A DNA stretch of 62,834 bases from Lachnospiraceae bacterium (lineage in GTDB: Bacteria; Bacillota; Clostridia; Lachnospirales; Lachnospiraceae), in assembly GCA_024680435.1 (NCBI GenBank), contig JAILCK010000001.1, positions 1 to 62,834 on the forward strand, written 5' to 3'. Below are positions 38,441 to 47,525 of this stretch, one piece after another; position 1 is the first letter of the stretch; each line of letters begins with the position of its first letter. A program made the position numbers and the translations under genes. The notes beneath the pieces are model-generated. The model was not told where the DNA came from. It saw nothing but the letters and a program-made list of their open reading frames with translations, and ran no database searches.

Positions 38441-40430
38441 CTGCTTCCTCTTTGGTAGTTTCGTTTGAGTCTTCGCAAACTGCCTTCGAAGTTTCTGTAG
38501 TTTCGGATTCGGAATCCTTGCTTTCTTCCTTCTTCTCTTCTTCGGGATCCGGTAAGCCCTTTTCCTTTCTGAAGATCTGCATGAATTCTTTACCTGTAAT
38601 TGTTTCTTTTTCTATTAAGTGAGCGGCAATCTTATCAAGGATTTCTCTGTTTTCGGAAAGCATATCCTTGGCTTCTTTGTAAGCGTCTTTTAAAATTTTC
38701 ATGACTTCTTCATCAACGCCTGCCGCTGTAACTTCACTGCAATTAAGAACTCTTCTTCCTTCAAGATACTGGCTTTCAATGGTTTCAAGTCCCACAAGGC
38801 CAAACCTCTCGCTCATACCGTACATGGTAACCATGTTTCTGGCAATGTTTGTGGCTTTCTCAATATCATTTGAAGCACCTGTGGTTACGGAATCAAATAC
38901 CAATTCTTCCGCAGCGCGTCCTGCCAAAAGTCCCACGATCATATCGTGAAGCTCTTTCTTTGAATTTAAGTATTTTTCTTCTTCGGGAACTTGCATTACA
39001 TATCCCAAAGCACCCATGGTTCTTGGAACGATTGTAATCTTTTGTACCGGCTCTGAATTCTTTTGAAGAGCTGATGCAAGGGCATGACCGACTTCATGGT
39101 AAGAAACGATTTTTCTTTCTTCCTTACTCATGATTCTGTCTTTCTTTTCTTTACCTACCAATACCTGCTCAACAGCATCAAATAAATCTTTTTGAGATAC
39201 AAATTCTCTATGTTCTTTAACTGCATTGATTGCAGCTTCATTAATCATGTTAGCAAGATCTGAACCAACGGCACCGGATGTTGCAAGGGCGATAGCTTCC
39301 AAATCAACGCTATCGTCCATAAGCACATCTTTTGCATGAACTTTAAGGATTTCAACACGGCCCTTTAAATCAGGCTTATCAACGATGATTCTTCTGTCAA
39401 AACGTCCCGGGCGAAGAAGGGCTTTATCAAGGATTTCGGGTCTGTTTGTTGCAGCCAAAATCAAGATACCTTTTGACGCATCAAAACCATCCATTTCTGA
39501 AAGAAGCTGGTTTAGAGTCTGTTCTCTTTCTTCGTTTCCTCCGCCGTACTTTGAATCACGGCTTCTGCCGATTGCATCGATTTCATCTATAAATATGATA
39601 CAAGGAGCATTTTTGTTTGCTTCCTTAAATAAGTCTCTAACTCTTGATGCACCTACACCTACAAACATTTCAACAAAGTCTGAACCTGTAAGCGAAAAGA
39701 AGGGAACATGGGCTTCACCTGCTACGGCTCTGGCAAGTAATGTTTTACCTGTTCCGGGAGGGCCCACAAGAAGTGCACCCTTAGGAAGCTTAGCACCGAT
39801 CTTTACGTATCTTCCGGGATTATGCAAAAAGTCTACGACTTCAACCAAGCTTTCTTTTGCTTCGTCTTCTCCGGCAACATCTTTAAATGTCACACCGGTT
39901 TCTTTTTGCACATATACTTTGGCGTTTGACTTACCGACGCCACCCATCATTCCGCCGCCACCGATTTTCTTTGAAAGGTAACCCATGACGATTACGAACA
40001 AAACAAGGGGCAGAACGTACATAAATATTATCTGAATCAAAGCACTTGAATTATCGGGAATTACCTTACTTACTTCCACTCCCGATGCAAGTAACCTGGC
40101 TGCCAGTGCTTCTTCATCTTCCACTGTACCTGTGTAATAGACTATCTGAGTGCTTCCCCATATAGTCCTGTCTTTTTCTTCCTCTACGGTATGAATTTCT
40201 ATTCTGTCATCCGATACTATGACTTTTGAGATTTTCCCTTCATCAAGCATCTGAACAAATTCATTATAAGGAATTACCATGCTTCCCACTTTGGAAACGA
40301 CACGGGTAATTGAAAGGATTATAAGGAATACCACAAGGAGTGCCAAAAGCATGGGCGCTAAACGCGGTCCCGGACCTCCCGGCGGATTGTTTCTGTTATT
40401 TTGATTATTCTGATTATTATCGTTATTCAT
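38433..40430 (-). CDS. ftsH: ATP-dependent zinc metalloprotease FtsH
   Basis: Two TMs, GPPGTGKT, IIFIDEID, ALLRPGRFDR, HEVGH. Confidence 0.96.
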   Translation of the reverse strand: MNNDNNQNNQNNRNNPPGGPGPRLAPMLLALLVVFLIILSITRVVSKVGSMVIPYNEFVQMLDEGKISKVIVSDDRIEIHTVEEEKDRTIWGSTQIVYYTGTVEDEEALAARLLASGVEVSKVIPDNSSALIQIIFMYVLPLVLFVIVMGYLSKKIGGGGMMGGVGKSNAKVYVQKETGVTFKDVAGEDEAKESLVEVVDFLHNPGRYVKIGAKLPKGALLVGPPGTGKTLLARAVAGEAHVPFFSLTGSDFVEMFVGVGASRVRDLFKEANKNAPCIIFIDEIDAIGRSRDSKYGGGNEEREQTLNQLLSEMDGFDASKGILILAATNRPEILDKALLRPGRFDRRIIVDKPDLKGRVEILKVHAKDVLMDDSVDLEAIALATSGAVGSDLANMINEAAINAVKEHREFVSQKDLFDAVEQVLVGKEKKDRIMSKEERKIVSYHEVGHALASALQKNSEPVQKITIVPRTMGALGYVMQVPEEEKYLNSKKELHDMIVGLLAGRAAEELVFDSVTTGASNDIEKATNIARNMVTMYGMSERFGLVGLETIESQYLEGRRVLNCSEVTAAGVDEEVMKILKDAYKEAKDMLSENREILDKIAAHLIEKETITGKEFMQIFRKEKGLPDPEEEKKEESKDSESETTETSKAVCEDSNETTKEEADV

Positions 40431-40555
40431 ATGTCCTCACCAACAGCGCAAAAACGCGCTCACTTTGCTTTAATTATAAGTAACATACGTTTTTGACGCA
40501 ATATAAAGAATATAAAGAATGTGAAAAAAAAATAAACTGAATCGCTATTTTTTCC

Positions 40556-40584
40556 TTGAAAAAACTTTCCGTTATCTGTAAAAT
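40556..40584 (+). promoter_or_regulatory. Sigma-A promoter for the DUF1846 gene
   Basis: TTGAAA-17 bp-TAAAAT before the AGGAG RBS and ATG 40610. Confidence 0.6.
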
Positions 40585-40609
40585 CAAGCGTGAAAGAAGG
40601 AGACTTTAT

Positions 40610-42091
40610 ATGAAGATTGGATTTGATAATCAGAAGTACATTTCCATGCAGTCTGATCGAATCTTAAAGCGAATTTCATCCTTCGGCGACAAGCTGTATT
40701 TGGAATTTGGCGGAAAGCTATTCGACGACTATCATGCATCCCGAGTTTTACCGGGATTTGAACCTGACAGCAAATTAAAGATGTTGTTACAGATGAAAGA
40801 TAAAGCCGAGATAGTAATAGCCATCGGCGCAGATGCCATCGAGCAAAACAAAAAACGAGGCGACTTGGGAATCACTTACGACCTCGATGTTCTTAGATTA
40901 ATAGACGCTTTCACTAACGTAGGTCTTTACGTTGGCAGCGTTGTCATCACTAAATATGCAGGCCAGCCCGCAGCTGACATGTTTCGTTCAAAACTCTCCG
41001 CATTAAACATAAAATCATATCTTCACTATCCCATTGAAGGTTATCCGAGCAATATTCCTTTAATCGTTAGCGATAATGGATACGGAAAAAATGATTATAT
41101 TGAGACCACAAGACCCTTGGTGGTTGTAACTGCCCCGGGCCCCGGAAGCGGAAAAATGGCTACCTGCCTTTCACAGCTTTATCATGAAAGCAAACGCGGA
41201 GTAAAAGCAGGATATGCTAAATTTGAAACCTTCCCCATTTGGAATCTTCCTTTATCACACCCTGTTAACATTGCATATGAAGCTGCCACAGCAGACTTAA
41301 ATGATGTTAACATGATAGACCCCTTCCACTTGGAAGCTTACGGTGTCACAACGGTAAACTATAACAGAGACGTTGAAATCTTCCCTGTTTTAAATGAAAT
41401 CTTTACTCAGATTTTAGGTTCAAGCCCTTATAAGTCACCCACAGATATGGGCGTAAATATGGCAGGTAACTGTATCATTGATGATGAAGCCTGCATCGAA
41501 GCTTCAAAACAGGAAATCATAAGAAGATACTTTACCACTCTTTGTGAAGCAAAGAAAGGTACAGGTACCAAAGAAGCTGTTTATAAGCTTGAACTTTTAA
41601 TGAAGCAAATGAACTTATCCGTTAACGACAGGCCCGTTGTAGGGGCAGCTTTAGAAAAAGAAGCTCAGACGTCTATGCCTGCTGTTGCAATCGAACTTCC
41701 AAACGGAAAAGTGATTTCAGGTAAGACCACAGATTTACTTGGTGCAAGCGCCGCTGCTTTAATTAATTCTTTAAAAGAGCTTGCGGGAATCGACCATAAG
41801 CTTCATCTTGTAACAAAAGAAGCCCTTGCTCCTATTCAGACAGTTAAAACAAAGTATTTGGGAAGCATCAACCCAAGACTTCATACAGACGAAGTATTGA
41901 TAGCTTTATCAGTCAGTGCCGCAACAAACGCAGCATCTGCCGTTGCTTTGGAACAGCTTCCCTTACTTAGAGGATGCGAAGTTCACTCTTCCGTTATCCT
42001 TTCACCGGTTGATGAAAAGTTATTTAAAAAGCTTGGCCTTCACTTAACCTGTGAGCCTAAATACGAAACAAACAAAAAGTATCATAACTAA
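40610..42091 (+). CDS. DUF1846 (UPF0371) family protein
   Basis: MKIGFDNQKY, KLYLEFGGKLFDDYHASRVLPGF, P-loop-like APGPGSGKM, GYAKFETFP. Confidence 0.9.
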   Translation: MKIGFDNQKYISMQSDRILKRISSFGDKLYLEFGGKLFDDYHASRVLPGFEPDSKLKMLLQMKDKAEIVIAIGADAIEQNKKRGDLGITYDLDVLRLIDAFTNVGLYVGSVVITKYAGQPAADMFRSKLSALNIKSYLHYPIEGYPSNIPLIVSDNGYGKNDYIETTRPLVVVTAPGPGSGKMATCLSQLYHESKRGVKAGYAKFETFPIWNLPLSHPVNIAYEAATADLNDVNMIDPFHLEAYGVTTVNYNRDVEIFPVLNEIFTQILGSSPYKSPTDMGVNMAGNCIIDDEACIEASKQEIIRRYFTTLCEAKKGTGTKEAVYKLELLMKQMNLSVNDRPVVGAALEKEAQTSMPAVAIELPNGKVISGKTTDLLGASAAALINSLKELAGIDHKLHLVTKEALAPIQTVKTKYLGSINPRLHTDEVLIALSVSAATNAASAVALEQLPLLRGCEVHSSVILSPVDEKLFKKLGLHLTCEPKYETNKKYHN

Positions 42092-42131
42092 AAAAAAGCG
42101 CGGTTTGGAAATTCCAAAACCGTGCTTTTTT
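42090..42131. terminator. Bidirectional intrinsic terminator
   Basis: A-run, AGCGCGGTTTGGAA...TTCCAAAACCGTGCT, T-run between convergent genes. Confidence 0.75.
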
Positions 42132-42143
42132 ATTCTTCTTTTT

Positions 42144-43019
42144 CTATGCTTTCTTAGCGGGTGAAACTTGTGCAAGTATAACTGCCGCAAACATTACCAC
42201 GCATCCGATAATTTCTCTTACCGATAATTTCTGCCCCAAAATCAAGAATCCGAATACCGCAGAGAAAACAGATTCCAAACTCATTATAATGCAGGCAACT
42301 GTTGCATTAACTCTCTTTTGAGCTTCCATTTGAAGTGTGTAAGCAACACCTCCGGAAAGCGCTCCCGCATATACAATCGGAAGCCAACAATCTAAAACGT
42401 CCGTCATAACAGGCTTTTCCTGAATCATTGGTATTATGCTTAAAGCACCGGATACCGCAAACTGATAACAGGAAAGTTTAATTACATCCATATGAGGCGC
42501 AAACTTATCCACGGCTATTATCTGTAATGCAAAGAGTATTGCACAAACAAACATCCAGATATCCCCGGGGCTTAATCTAAAGGTCTCGCTTAAGCAAAGG
42601 AAATATAATCCTATAATTGAAAGGCATACGCTAATCCAGATATGCTTGGGCGGTTTCTTTTTTAACATAAAAGAAAAAATCGGGACCAACACTATATATA
42701 AGGCTGTAATGAAACCTGCTTTTCCGGCTGTTGTGTAAATAATGCCGACCTGCTGAGAGCTTGTTGCCAGAAACAACAGTATTCCGCAAATGCATCCTCC
42801 AAGCACCAAATCCCTGTTTTTCCAAGGGGTCATTACACCGTCTTTTTTATCAAAAAACATTGCTACAGGCGCTAAAACCAAGGCGCCTATGATACATCTT
42901 ATTCCGTTAAAAGTAAATGGGCCCACATATTCCATTCCTGCGCTTTGAGCAACAAAAGCAGCTCCCCAAATAACTGCAGTCAGTACTAACAGAAGGCTGT
43001 ACTTTATATTGGTTTTCAT
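42144..43019 (-). CDS. DMT/EamA family transporter
   Basis: About 10 TMs, IWGAAFVAQ, TTAGKAGFITALYIV, YTLQ, MSLESVF. Confidence 0.9.
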   Translation of the reverse strand: MKTNIKYSLLLVLTAVIWGAAFVAQSAGMEYVGPFTFNGIRCIIGALVLAPVAMFFDKKDGVMTPWKNRDLVLGGCICGILLFLATSSQQVGIIYTTAGKAGFITALYIVLVPIFSFMLKKKPPKHIWISVCLSIIGLYFLCLSETFRLSPGDIWMFVCAILFALQIIAVDKFAPHMDVIKLSCYQFAVSGALSIIPMIQEKPVMTDVLDCWLPIVYAGALSGGVAYTLQMEAQKRVNATVACIIMSLESVFSAVFGFLILGQKLSVREIIGCVVMFAAVILAQVSPAKKA

Positions 43020-43149
43020 ATTTTCACTCCCGTTTTTAAATTCAACGAGCCTATTTTATCAAATAGTTTTTAAAATGCAATATATCTGTGATAATGAATT
43101 ATCGCTTTCACGCGTTGAAGTGTGAATATTTATGCAAGTCCTATAAATA

Positions 43150-43245
43150 TAAATGAAAACACCGAACTTTCTGTTCGGTGTTTTCGTATAGGAGAGACAT
43201 GATAAAAGAAGTAGTTCATAGTTCATTTCATTTCACATGTCCACT
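43150..43245 (-). ncRNA. Candidate small RNA or structured 3'UTR of the GH13 gene
   Basis: Minus strand TGAAATGAAATGAACTATGAACTACTTCTTTTATCATGTCTCTCCTAT followed by the terminator hairpin; inference. Confidence 0.35.
43155..43185 (-). terminator. Strong hairpin/terminator
   Basis: GAAAACACCGAAC-N5-GTTCGGTGTTTTC, a 13-bp perfect stem. Confidence 0.7.
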
Positions 43246-43270
43246 ATATAATTTACTAATTAATGTGGCA

Positions 43271-45073
43271 TTAACAATTTTCCCACACTCTAAATCCATA
43301 GGAATCAAAGCTATCTTCCTTACCGGATTCAAAAACAACTTTATAGTTTTCTCCTGCATTATATGAAGAAATTGCTCCTGTACCAAGGTTACAATCTACG
43401 ATGATTTCTTTTCCGTCAAGTTTTCTTTTGTAGGTAAATGTATCCTTTTTACTTCTTAAAACTTCAAATTCACCGTAAGCTATTACAGATGTTTTCTTTC
43501 TAAATCTTAATAGGGCCTTATAAAAATCGTGTATTTCTTCGTCCATATCCTGTTTGAAAGGAGCGTTATCATTCCAGGGAAGAAGCACCCTTGTATGGTC
43601 TCTTGTGCCTGAAAGGATAATTTTAAAGGCTTCTTCTTCACTCATCTTTCCTTTTAATTCTTCATATAAGTTGATGGATTCAACATCATTTAAATCACTC
43701 ATTCCCTTGAACGGATAGTTTATTAAGCCGTACTCATCCCCCTGATAAATAAAAGGAGTTCCTAAAAGTGTAAGCTGCATTAGAGCCAAAAGCTTTGCCA
43801 AAGGCTTTCTGTACTTAGGATCGGGATTTACTTTACTTATCATTCTCGGATTGTCATGGTTATTATAAAATAACGACATTCTTGAATTTGAACCATAATT
43901 CTTTGCCCAATCGATTTGGTAGTCTCTGTAATAATTTAAGTCATACTTATAATCTTCAAACCTTGTATGCCCCGGAGTCTCCAAGTGGTCAAAAGAAAAC
44001 GCCATATCAAGCTCGTTTCTTTCTTCACCCGTTATAAGCTTACACATTTGCATTCCAAGCCCGGGAGTCTCAGCTACCGAAAATGCATTGTATGGCTTAA
44101 ATGCTTTTTCCTTTATTTCCCTTAAATACTTATGAAGGTTTGGACCGTAAAAATAATTTTCTATACCGGTAATTCCCATAAGTGAGCCGATAAAAGGATC
44201 TCCGTCGGGCAGTCCCGGCTCTTTGGAAATAGCATTAATAACATCCATTCTAAAGCCGTCTACGCCCTTTTGAAGCCACCACTTTATCATGTCTATTACA
44301 TCTTCTCTAACATCCGGATTGTCCCAGTTTAAATCCATCTGCTTTTTGGAGAAAAGATGAAGGCAGGACACGTCCTCTTTCTCGTAATAGTTCCAAGCAG
44401 AACCTGAGAAAAATGATTTCCAGTTATTTGGAAGTTCTTTTCCTTTTTTAAAGAAATAATAGTTTCTGTATTTTGAGTCTTTATCGGCAAGCCCCTTTTT
44501 AAACCACTCATGCTCATCTGATGTATGGTTTACCACAAGGTCCATAATAAGTCTCATATTTCGTTTGTGAACTTCCAAAAGGAGCGTGTCAAAATCCTCC
44601 ATGGTTCCGAATTCTTTTAAGATGGCACGATAGTCTCTTATATCATATCCGTTATCATCCATGGGAGAATCATATATCGGTGATAACCACAGAGCATCCA
44701 CTCCCAAATCTTTTAAGTAGTCAAGCTTTGAAATTATTCCCTTTAAATCGCCTATTCCGTCATTATTGGAATCTGCAAAAGACTTAGGATATATCTGATA
44801 AAAAACGGCTTCTTTCCACCAGGCTTCTTTTATTCTTTCATGCTTTGTTACAGGCACGTCTTTTTCTGAGTTTAAAAACCGAAGAAGCGCATCAAAGAAA
44901 GTAGGTCCCACCTTTTTCTTTAATAAAGCTTCAACGGTTTTAAGTTTTAAGTTTCCCACAATAGGATTAGTTATAAGATTCTCCTTTTTCCCCATTGAAG
45001 TAAGAACCTTTTTTAAAACGTCGTTTCCTATGGGATTTGCGTATACATCCTTAATCTTTGAATTTCTATCCAT
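43271..45073 (-). CDS. GH13 alpha-glucosidase / oligo-1,6-glucosidase
   Basis: WWKEAVFYQIYPKSF, DNGYDI, DLVVNHTSDEH, DGFRMDVIN, NNHDNPR, IYQGDE; ATG 45073. Confidence 0.92.
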   Translation of the reverse strand: MDRNSKIKDVYANPIGNDVLKKVLTSMGKKENLITNPIVGNLKLKTVEALLKKKVGPTFFDALLRFLNSEKDVPVTKHERIKEAWWKEAVFYQIYPKSFADSNNDGIGDLKGIISKLDYLKDLGVDALWLSPIYDSPMDDNGYDIRDYRAILKEFGTMEDFDTLLLEVHKRNMRLIMDLVVNHTSDEHEWFKKGLADKDSKYRNYYFFKKGKELPNNWKSFFSGSAWNYYEKEDVSCLHLFSKKQMDLNWDNPDVREDVIDMIKWWLQKGVDGFRMDVINAISKEPGLPDGDPFIGSLMGITGIENYFYGPNLHKYLREIKEKAFKPYNAFSVAETPGLGMQMCKLITGEERNELDMAFSFDHLETPGHTRFEDYKYDLNYYRDYQIDWAKNYGSNSRMSLFYNNHDNPRMISKVNPDPKYRKPLAKLLALMQLTLLGTPFIYQGDEYGLINYPFKGMSDLNDVESINLYEELKGKMSEEEAFKIILSGTRDHTRVLLPWNDNAPFKQDMDEEIHDFYKALLRFRKKTSVIAYGEFEVLRSKKDTFTYKRKLDGKEIIVDCNLGTGAISSYNAGENYKVVFESGKEDSFDSYGFRVWENC

Positions 45074-45083
45074 TCTAACCTCC

Positions 45084-45779
45084 CTAACCTTCAACGCCTC
45101 GTATTTCAACAATCTCAATATTTTTTCTTAAAACCGGAAGAAACTCTTCCAATTCTTCTTTTGTATAAGAAGAAAAACCTCTTTGAATGACTCTTTCGGA
45201 ATCTTCATACCCCTGAAGATAATACTTCTTTGCTCCTTTTATAAGCTCAGCTATTTTTTCAAAGTTTTCCATTCTGTGAAGTTCTTTAACCACCGTTGTT
45301 CTAAACTCATAATCAATGGGCCCCGCTATTAACATATCTATGGTTTCTTTTATCCTTTTTGTATCAAGCTTTACACCGGCCACTATGTCATATTCATCAA
45401 GGGAATTCTTTATGTCCATAGCTACATAGTCAATGAGCTTTTCATCAATAAGGGTTCTTATTACCTCGGGTCTGTAACCGTTTGAATCAAGTTTCACTTT
45501 TAACCCGATTTCCTTGCATTTTTTTATAAAGTCCTTTAAATCTGCGTGGACCGTTGGCTCGCCACCTGTTATACATATCCCTTCGGTTATTCCCTTCCTC
45601 TTTTTTAAATGAGAAAGAATTTCCTCTTCCGGAATAGTGGGCTGAGAGTTTGGATTTAACACCAAATCCGCATTCTGACAATAAGGGCACCTAAAATTAC
45701 AAGATCCCGTAAAAACAGTCGCTGCCACAATGCCCGGATAATCAAGTAAAGTAGTCTTATTAAAGCCATGAATCTGCAT
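45084..45779 (-). CDS. nrdG: Anaerobic ribonucleotide reductase activating protein (radical SAM)
   Basis: TTLLDYPG..AATVFTGSCNFRCPYCQN, ITGGEPT, KLDSNG, YEFRTTV; ATG 45779. Confidence 0.8.
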   Translation of the reverse strand: MQIHGFNKTTLLDYPGIVAATVFTGSCNFRCPYCQNADLVLNPNSQPTIPEEEILSHLKKRKGITEGICITGGEPTVHADLKDFIKKCKEIGLKVKLDSNGYRPEVIRTLIDEKLIDYVAMDIKNSLDEYDIVAGVKLDTKRIKETIDMLIAGPIDYEFRTTVVKELHRMENFEKIAELIKGAKKYYLQGYEDSERVIQRGFSSYTKEELEEFLPVLRKNIEIVEIRGVEG

Positions 45780-45857
45780 TTGATTAAGTCCTCTTTTTTG
45801 TAGTATAGTAGTAACAGTTTTAGTATAGCACATGCAATTGATTGTAAGGATTTTTAG

Positions 45858-46367
45858 ATGAAGAAAATACTCTCTGAAGATGAAAAATATATGAAAGAAG
45901 CTTTAAAAGAAGCAAATAAGGCTTACAAGCTTGGGGAAGTCCCCATAGGCTGTGTTATTGTCTATGAAGGAAAGATTATAGGAAGAGGATATAATCGAAG
46001 AAACACCGACAAGACCACCCTTGCCCACGCAGAAATTTCCGCCATTAAGAAGGCTTCTAAAATAGTCGGCGACTGGAGACTTGAGGGCTGTACTTTGTAT
46101 GTGACATTAGAGCCCTGTCAAATGTGCAGCGGTGCCATCATTCAGGCTAGAATTGACAGAGTTGTTATGGGGTCTATGAATCCTAAGGCAGGATGTGCAG
46201 GTTCTTTATTAAACATCCTTGAAAACGAATCCTTTAATCATCAGGCTCAGGTTACAAGAGGCGTGCTTAAGGATGAGTGCTCAGAAATACTTGTTAAGTT
46301 TTTTAAGGAATTAAGAGTCAGAAATAAAATCGAAAAAGCCATGAAGTCCAATCAGATTGACTTTTAG
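45858..46367 (+). CDS. tadA: tRNA adenosine(34) deaminase
   Basis: GEVPIG, AHAE, LYVTLEPCQMC, PKAGC; followed by the SRP RNA gene as commonly seen in Firmicutes. Confidence 0.93.
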   Translation: MKKILSEDEKYMKEALKEANKAYKLGEVPIGCVIVYEGKIIGRGYNRRNTDKTTLAHAEISAIKKASKIVGDWRLEGCTLYVTLEPCQMCSGAIIQARIDRVVMGSMNPKAGCAGSLLNILENESFNHQAQVTRGVLKDECSEILVKFFKELRVRNKIEKAMKSNQIDF

Positions 46368-46385
46368 ATTATTTTTTATTATTAT
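46357..46385 (+). promoter_or_regulatory. Sigma-A promoter of the SRP RNA
   Basis: TTGACT-17 bp-TATTAT. Confidence 0.75.
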
Positions 46386-46394
46386 ATCAAAGCA

Positions 46395-46575
46395 TGGGTT
46401 TTACCGTATCTTCACGGTCGCCATGTGTCGCATATGAATTATTCGGTCTTACGCAACGAGAACCCACGAACCGTGTCAGGTCGGGAACGAAGCAGCACTA
46501 AGAGGGACTTCTTGGGTGCCGTAAGTAAACTGGATGATTCGCGGCATGTGACGACTATGAAGATACGGTATTCTT
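46395..46575 (+). ncRNA. ffs: Signal recognition particle RNA
   Basis: Domain IV motif GTGTCAGGTCGGGAACGAAGCAGCAC at 46473-46498 inside a long hairpin closed by TACCGTATCTTCA (46402-46414) / TGAAGATACGGTA (46558-46570). Ends are approximate. Confidence 0.9.
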
Positions 46576-46589
46576 TTAAGGATTGGATT

Positions 46590-47525
46590 ATGGATACTTT
46601 TTCAGTAGACACTTACAAATCACTATATTCAGGATGCAGGCTTTGCCCCAGAGATTGCGGGAAAGACAGAAAAGATTCTTTCGGCGTTTGCCTGGAACCT
46701 GACAGACTTTTTATAGCAAGAGCCGCATTACATATGTGGGAAGAGCCCTGTATCAGTGGAGAGAGCGGATCCGGCGCCGTATTCTTTAGCGGCTGCCCCC
46801 TAAAATGTGTTTTCTGCCAGAATCACGAAATTTCTACTTCTAAAGTCGGTAAGGAAATATCTGTTGAGCGACTCATTCAGATTTTCTTTGAGCTAAAAGA
46901 AAAGGGCGCAAACAACATTAATCTTGTCACGCCCACTCACTATATTCCTCATATTGCCATAGCAGGTTTAATTGCAAAAGAAAAAGGCCTTAATATCCCT
47001 TTTGTATACAACACAAGCGGATATGAAAAGCCCGAATCTCTTGATTTATTAAAGGATGTGGTCTCTGTATTTCTTCCCGATTTTAAATATCTAAAAAAAG
47101 AAACCGCTTCAAAATACTCAAAAGCACCCGACTACCCGGATGTTGCCAAAAAAGCTTTGGAAAAAATGGTGTCAATGGTTGGTGCACCTGTTTTTGATAA
47201 AGATACAGGTCTAATTAAAAGCGGTGTTATCGTTAGAGTATTGGTGCTTCCTGAGCACACAAACGAAGCGATAGATATCATTAAGTATCTTTACGAAACC
47301 TATAAAGACGATATCTACATAAGCATTATGAGCCAATATACTCCCATTCCCTCTATCCTTCCAAAAGATAAAGAGTATGATTCTTTAAGAAGAAAAATAA
47401 CCAAGAGAGAATATGATAAAGTAATAAACGCAGCTCTTAATCTTGGTGTTAAAAACGCTTTCTTTCAAGAGGGAGATGTTTGTAAAGAGAGCTTTATTCC
47501 CTCTTTTGACTATGAAGGAGTTTGA
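46590..47525 (+). CDS. PflX-like radical SAM protein
   Basis: CRLCPRDC, LHMWEEPCISG, FFSGCPLKCVFCQN, NINLVTPTHY, YNTSGYE; start moved to ATG 46590, downstream of the SRP RNA. Confidence 0.85.
   Translation: MDTFSVDTYKSLYSGCRLCPRDCGKDRKDSFGVCLEPDRLFIARAALHMWEEPCISGESGSGAVFFSGCPLKCVFCQNHEISTSKVGKEISVERLIQIFFELKEKGANNINLVTPTHYIPHIAIAGLIAKEKGLNIPFVYNTSGYEKPESLDLLKDVVSVFLPDFKYLKKETASKYSKAPDYPDVAKKALEKMVSMVGAPVFDKDTGLIKSGVIVRVLVLPEHTNEAIDIIKYLYETYKDDIYISIMSQYTPIPSILPKDKEYDSLRRKITKREYDKVINAALNLGVKNAFFQEGDVCKESFIPSFDYEGV

Noticed and set aside
40380-40430. Asn/Gln-rich repeat at the FtsH N-terminus
   Set aside because: A short low-complexity coding stretch, not a separate repeat element.
43178-43366. 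Plus-strand 62-aa ORF with an apparent AGGAGAG RBS
   Set aside because: It runs antisense into the GH13 3' end, has no protein-like features and starts next to a strong hairpin; kept only as an alternative to the sRNA hypothesis.
46425-46589. N-terminal 55 codons of the 366-aa ORF in the track
   Set aside because: They overlap the SRP RNA; recognisable protein motifs begin only after ATG 46590.
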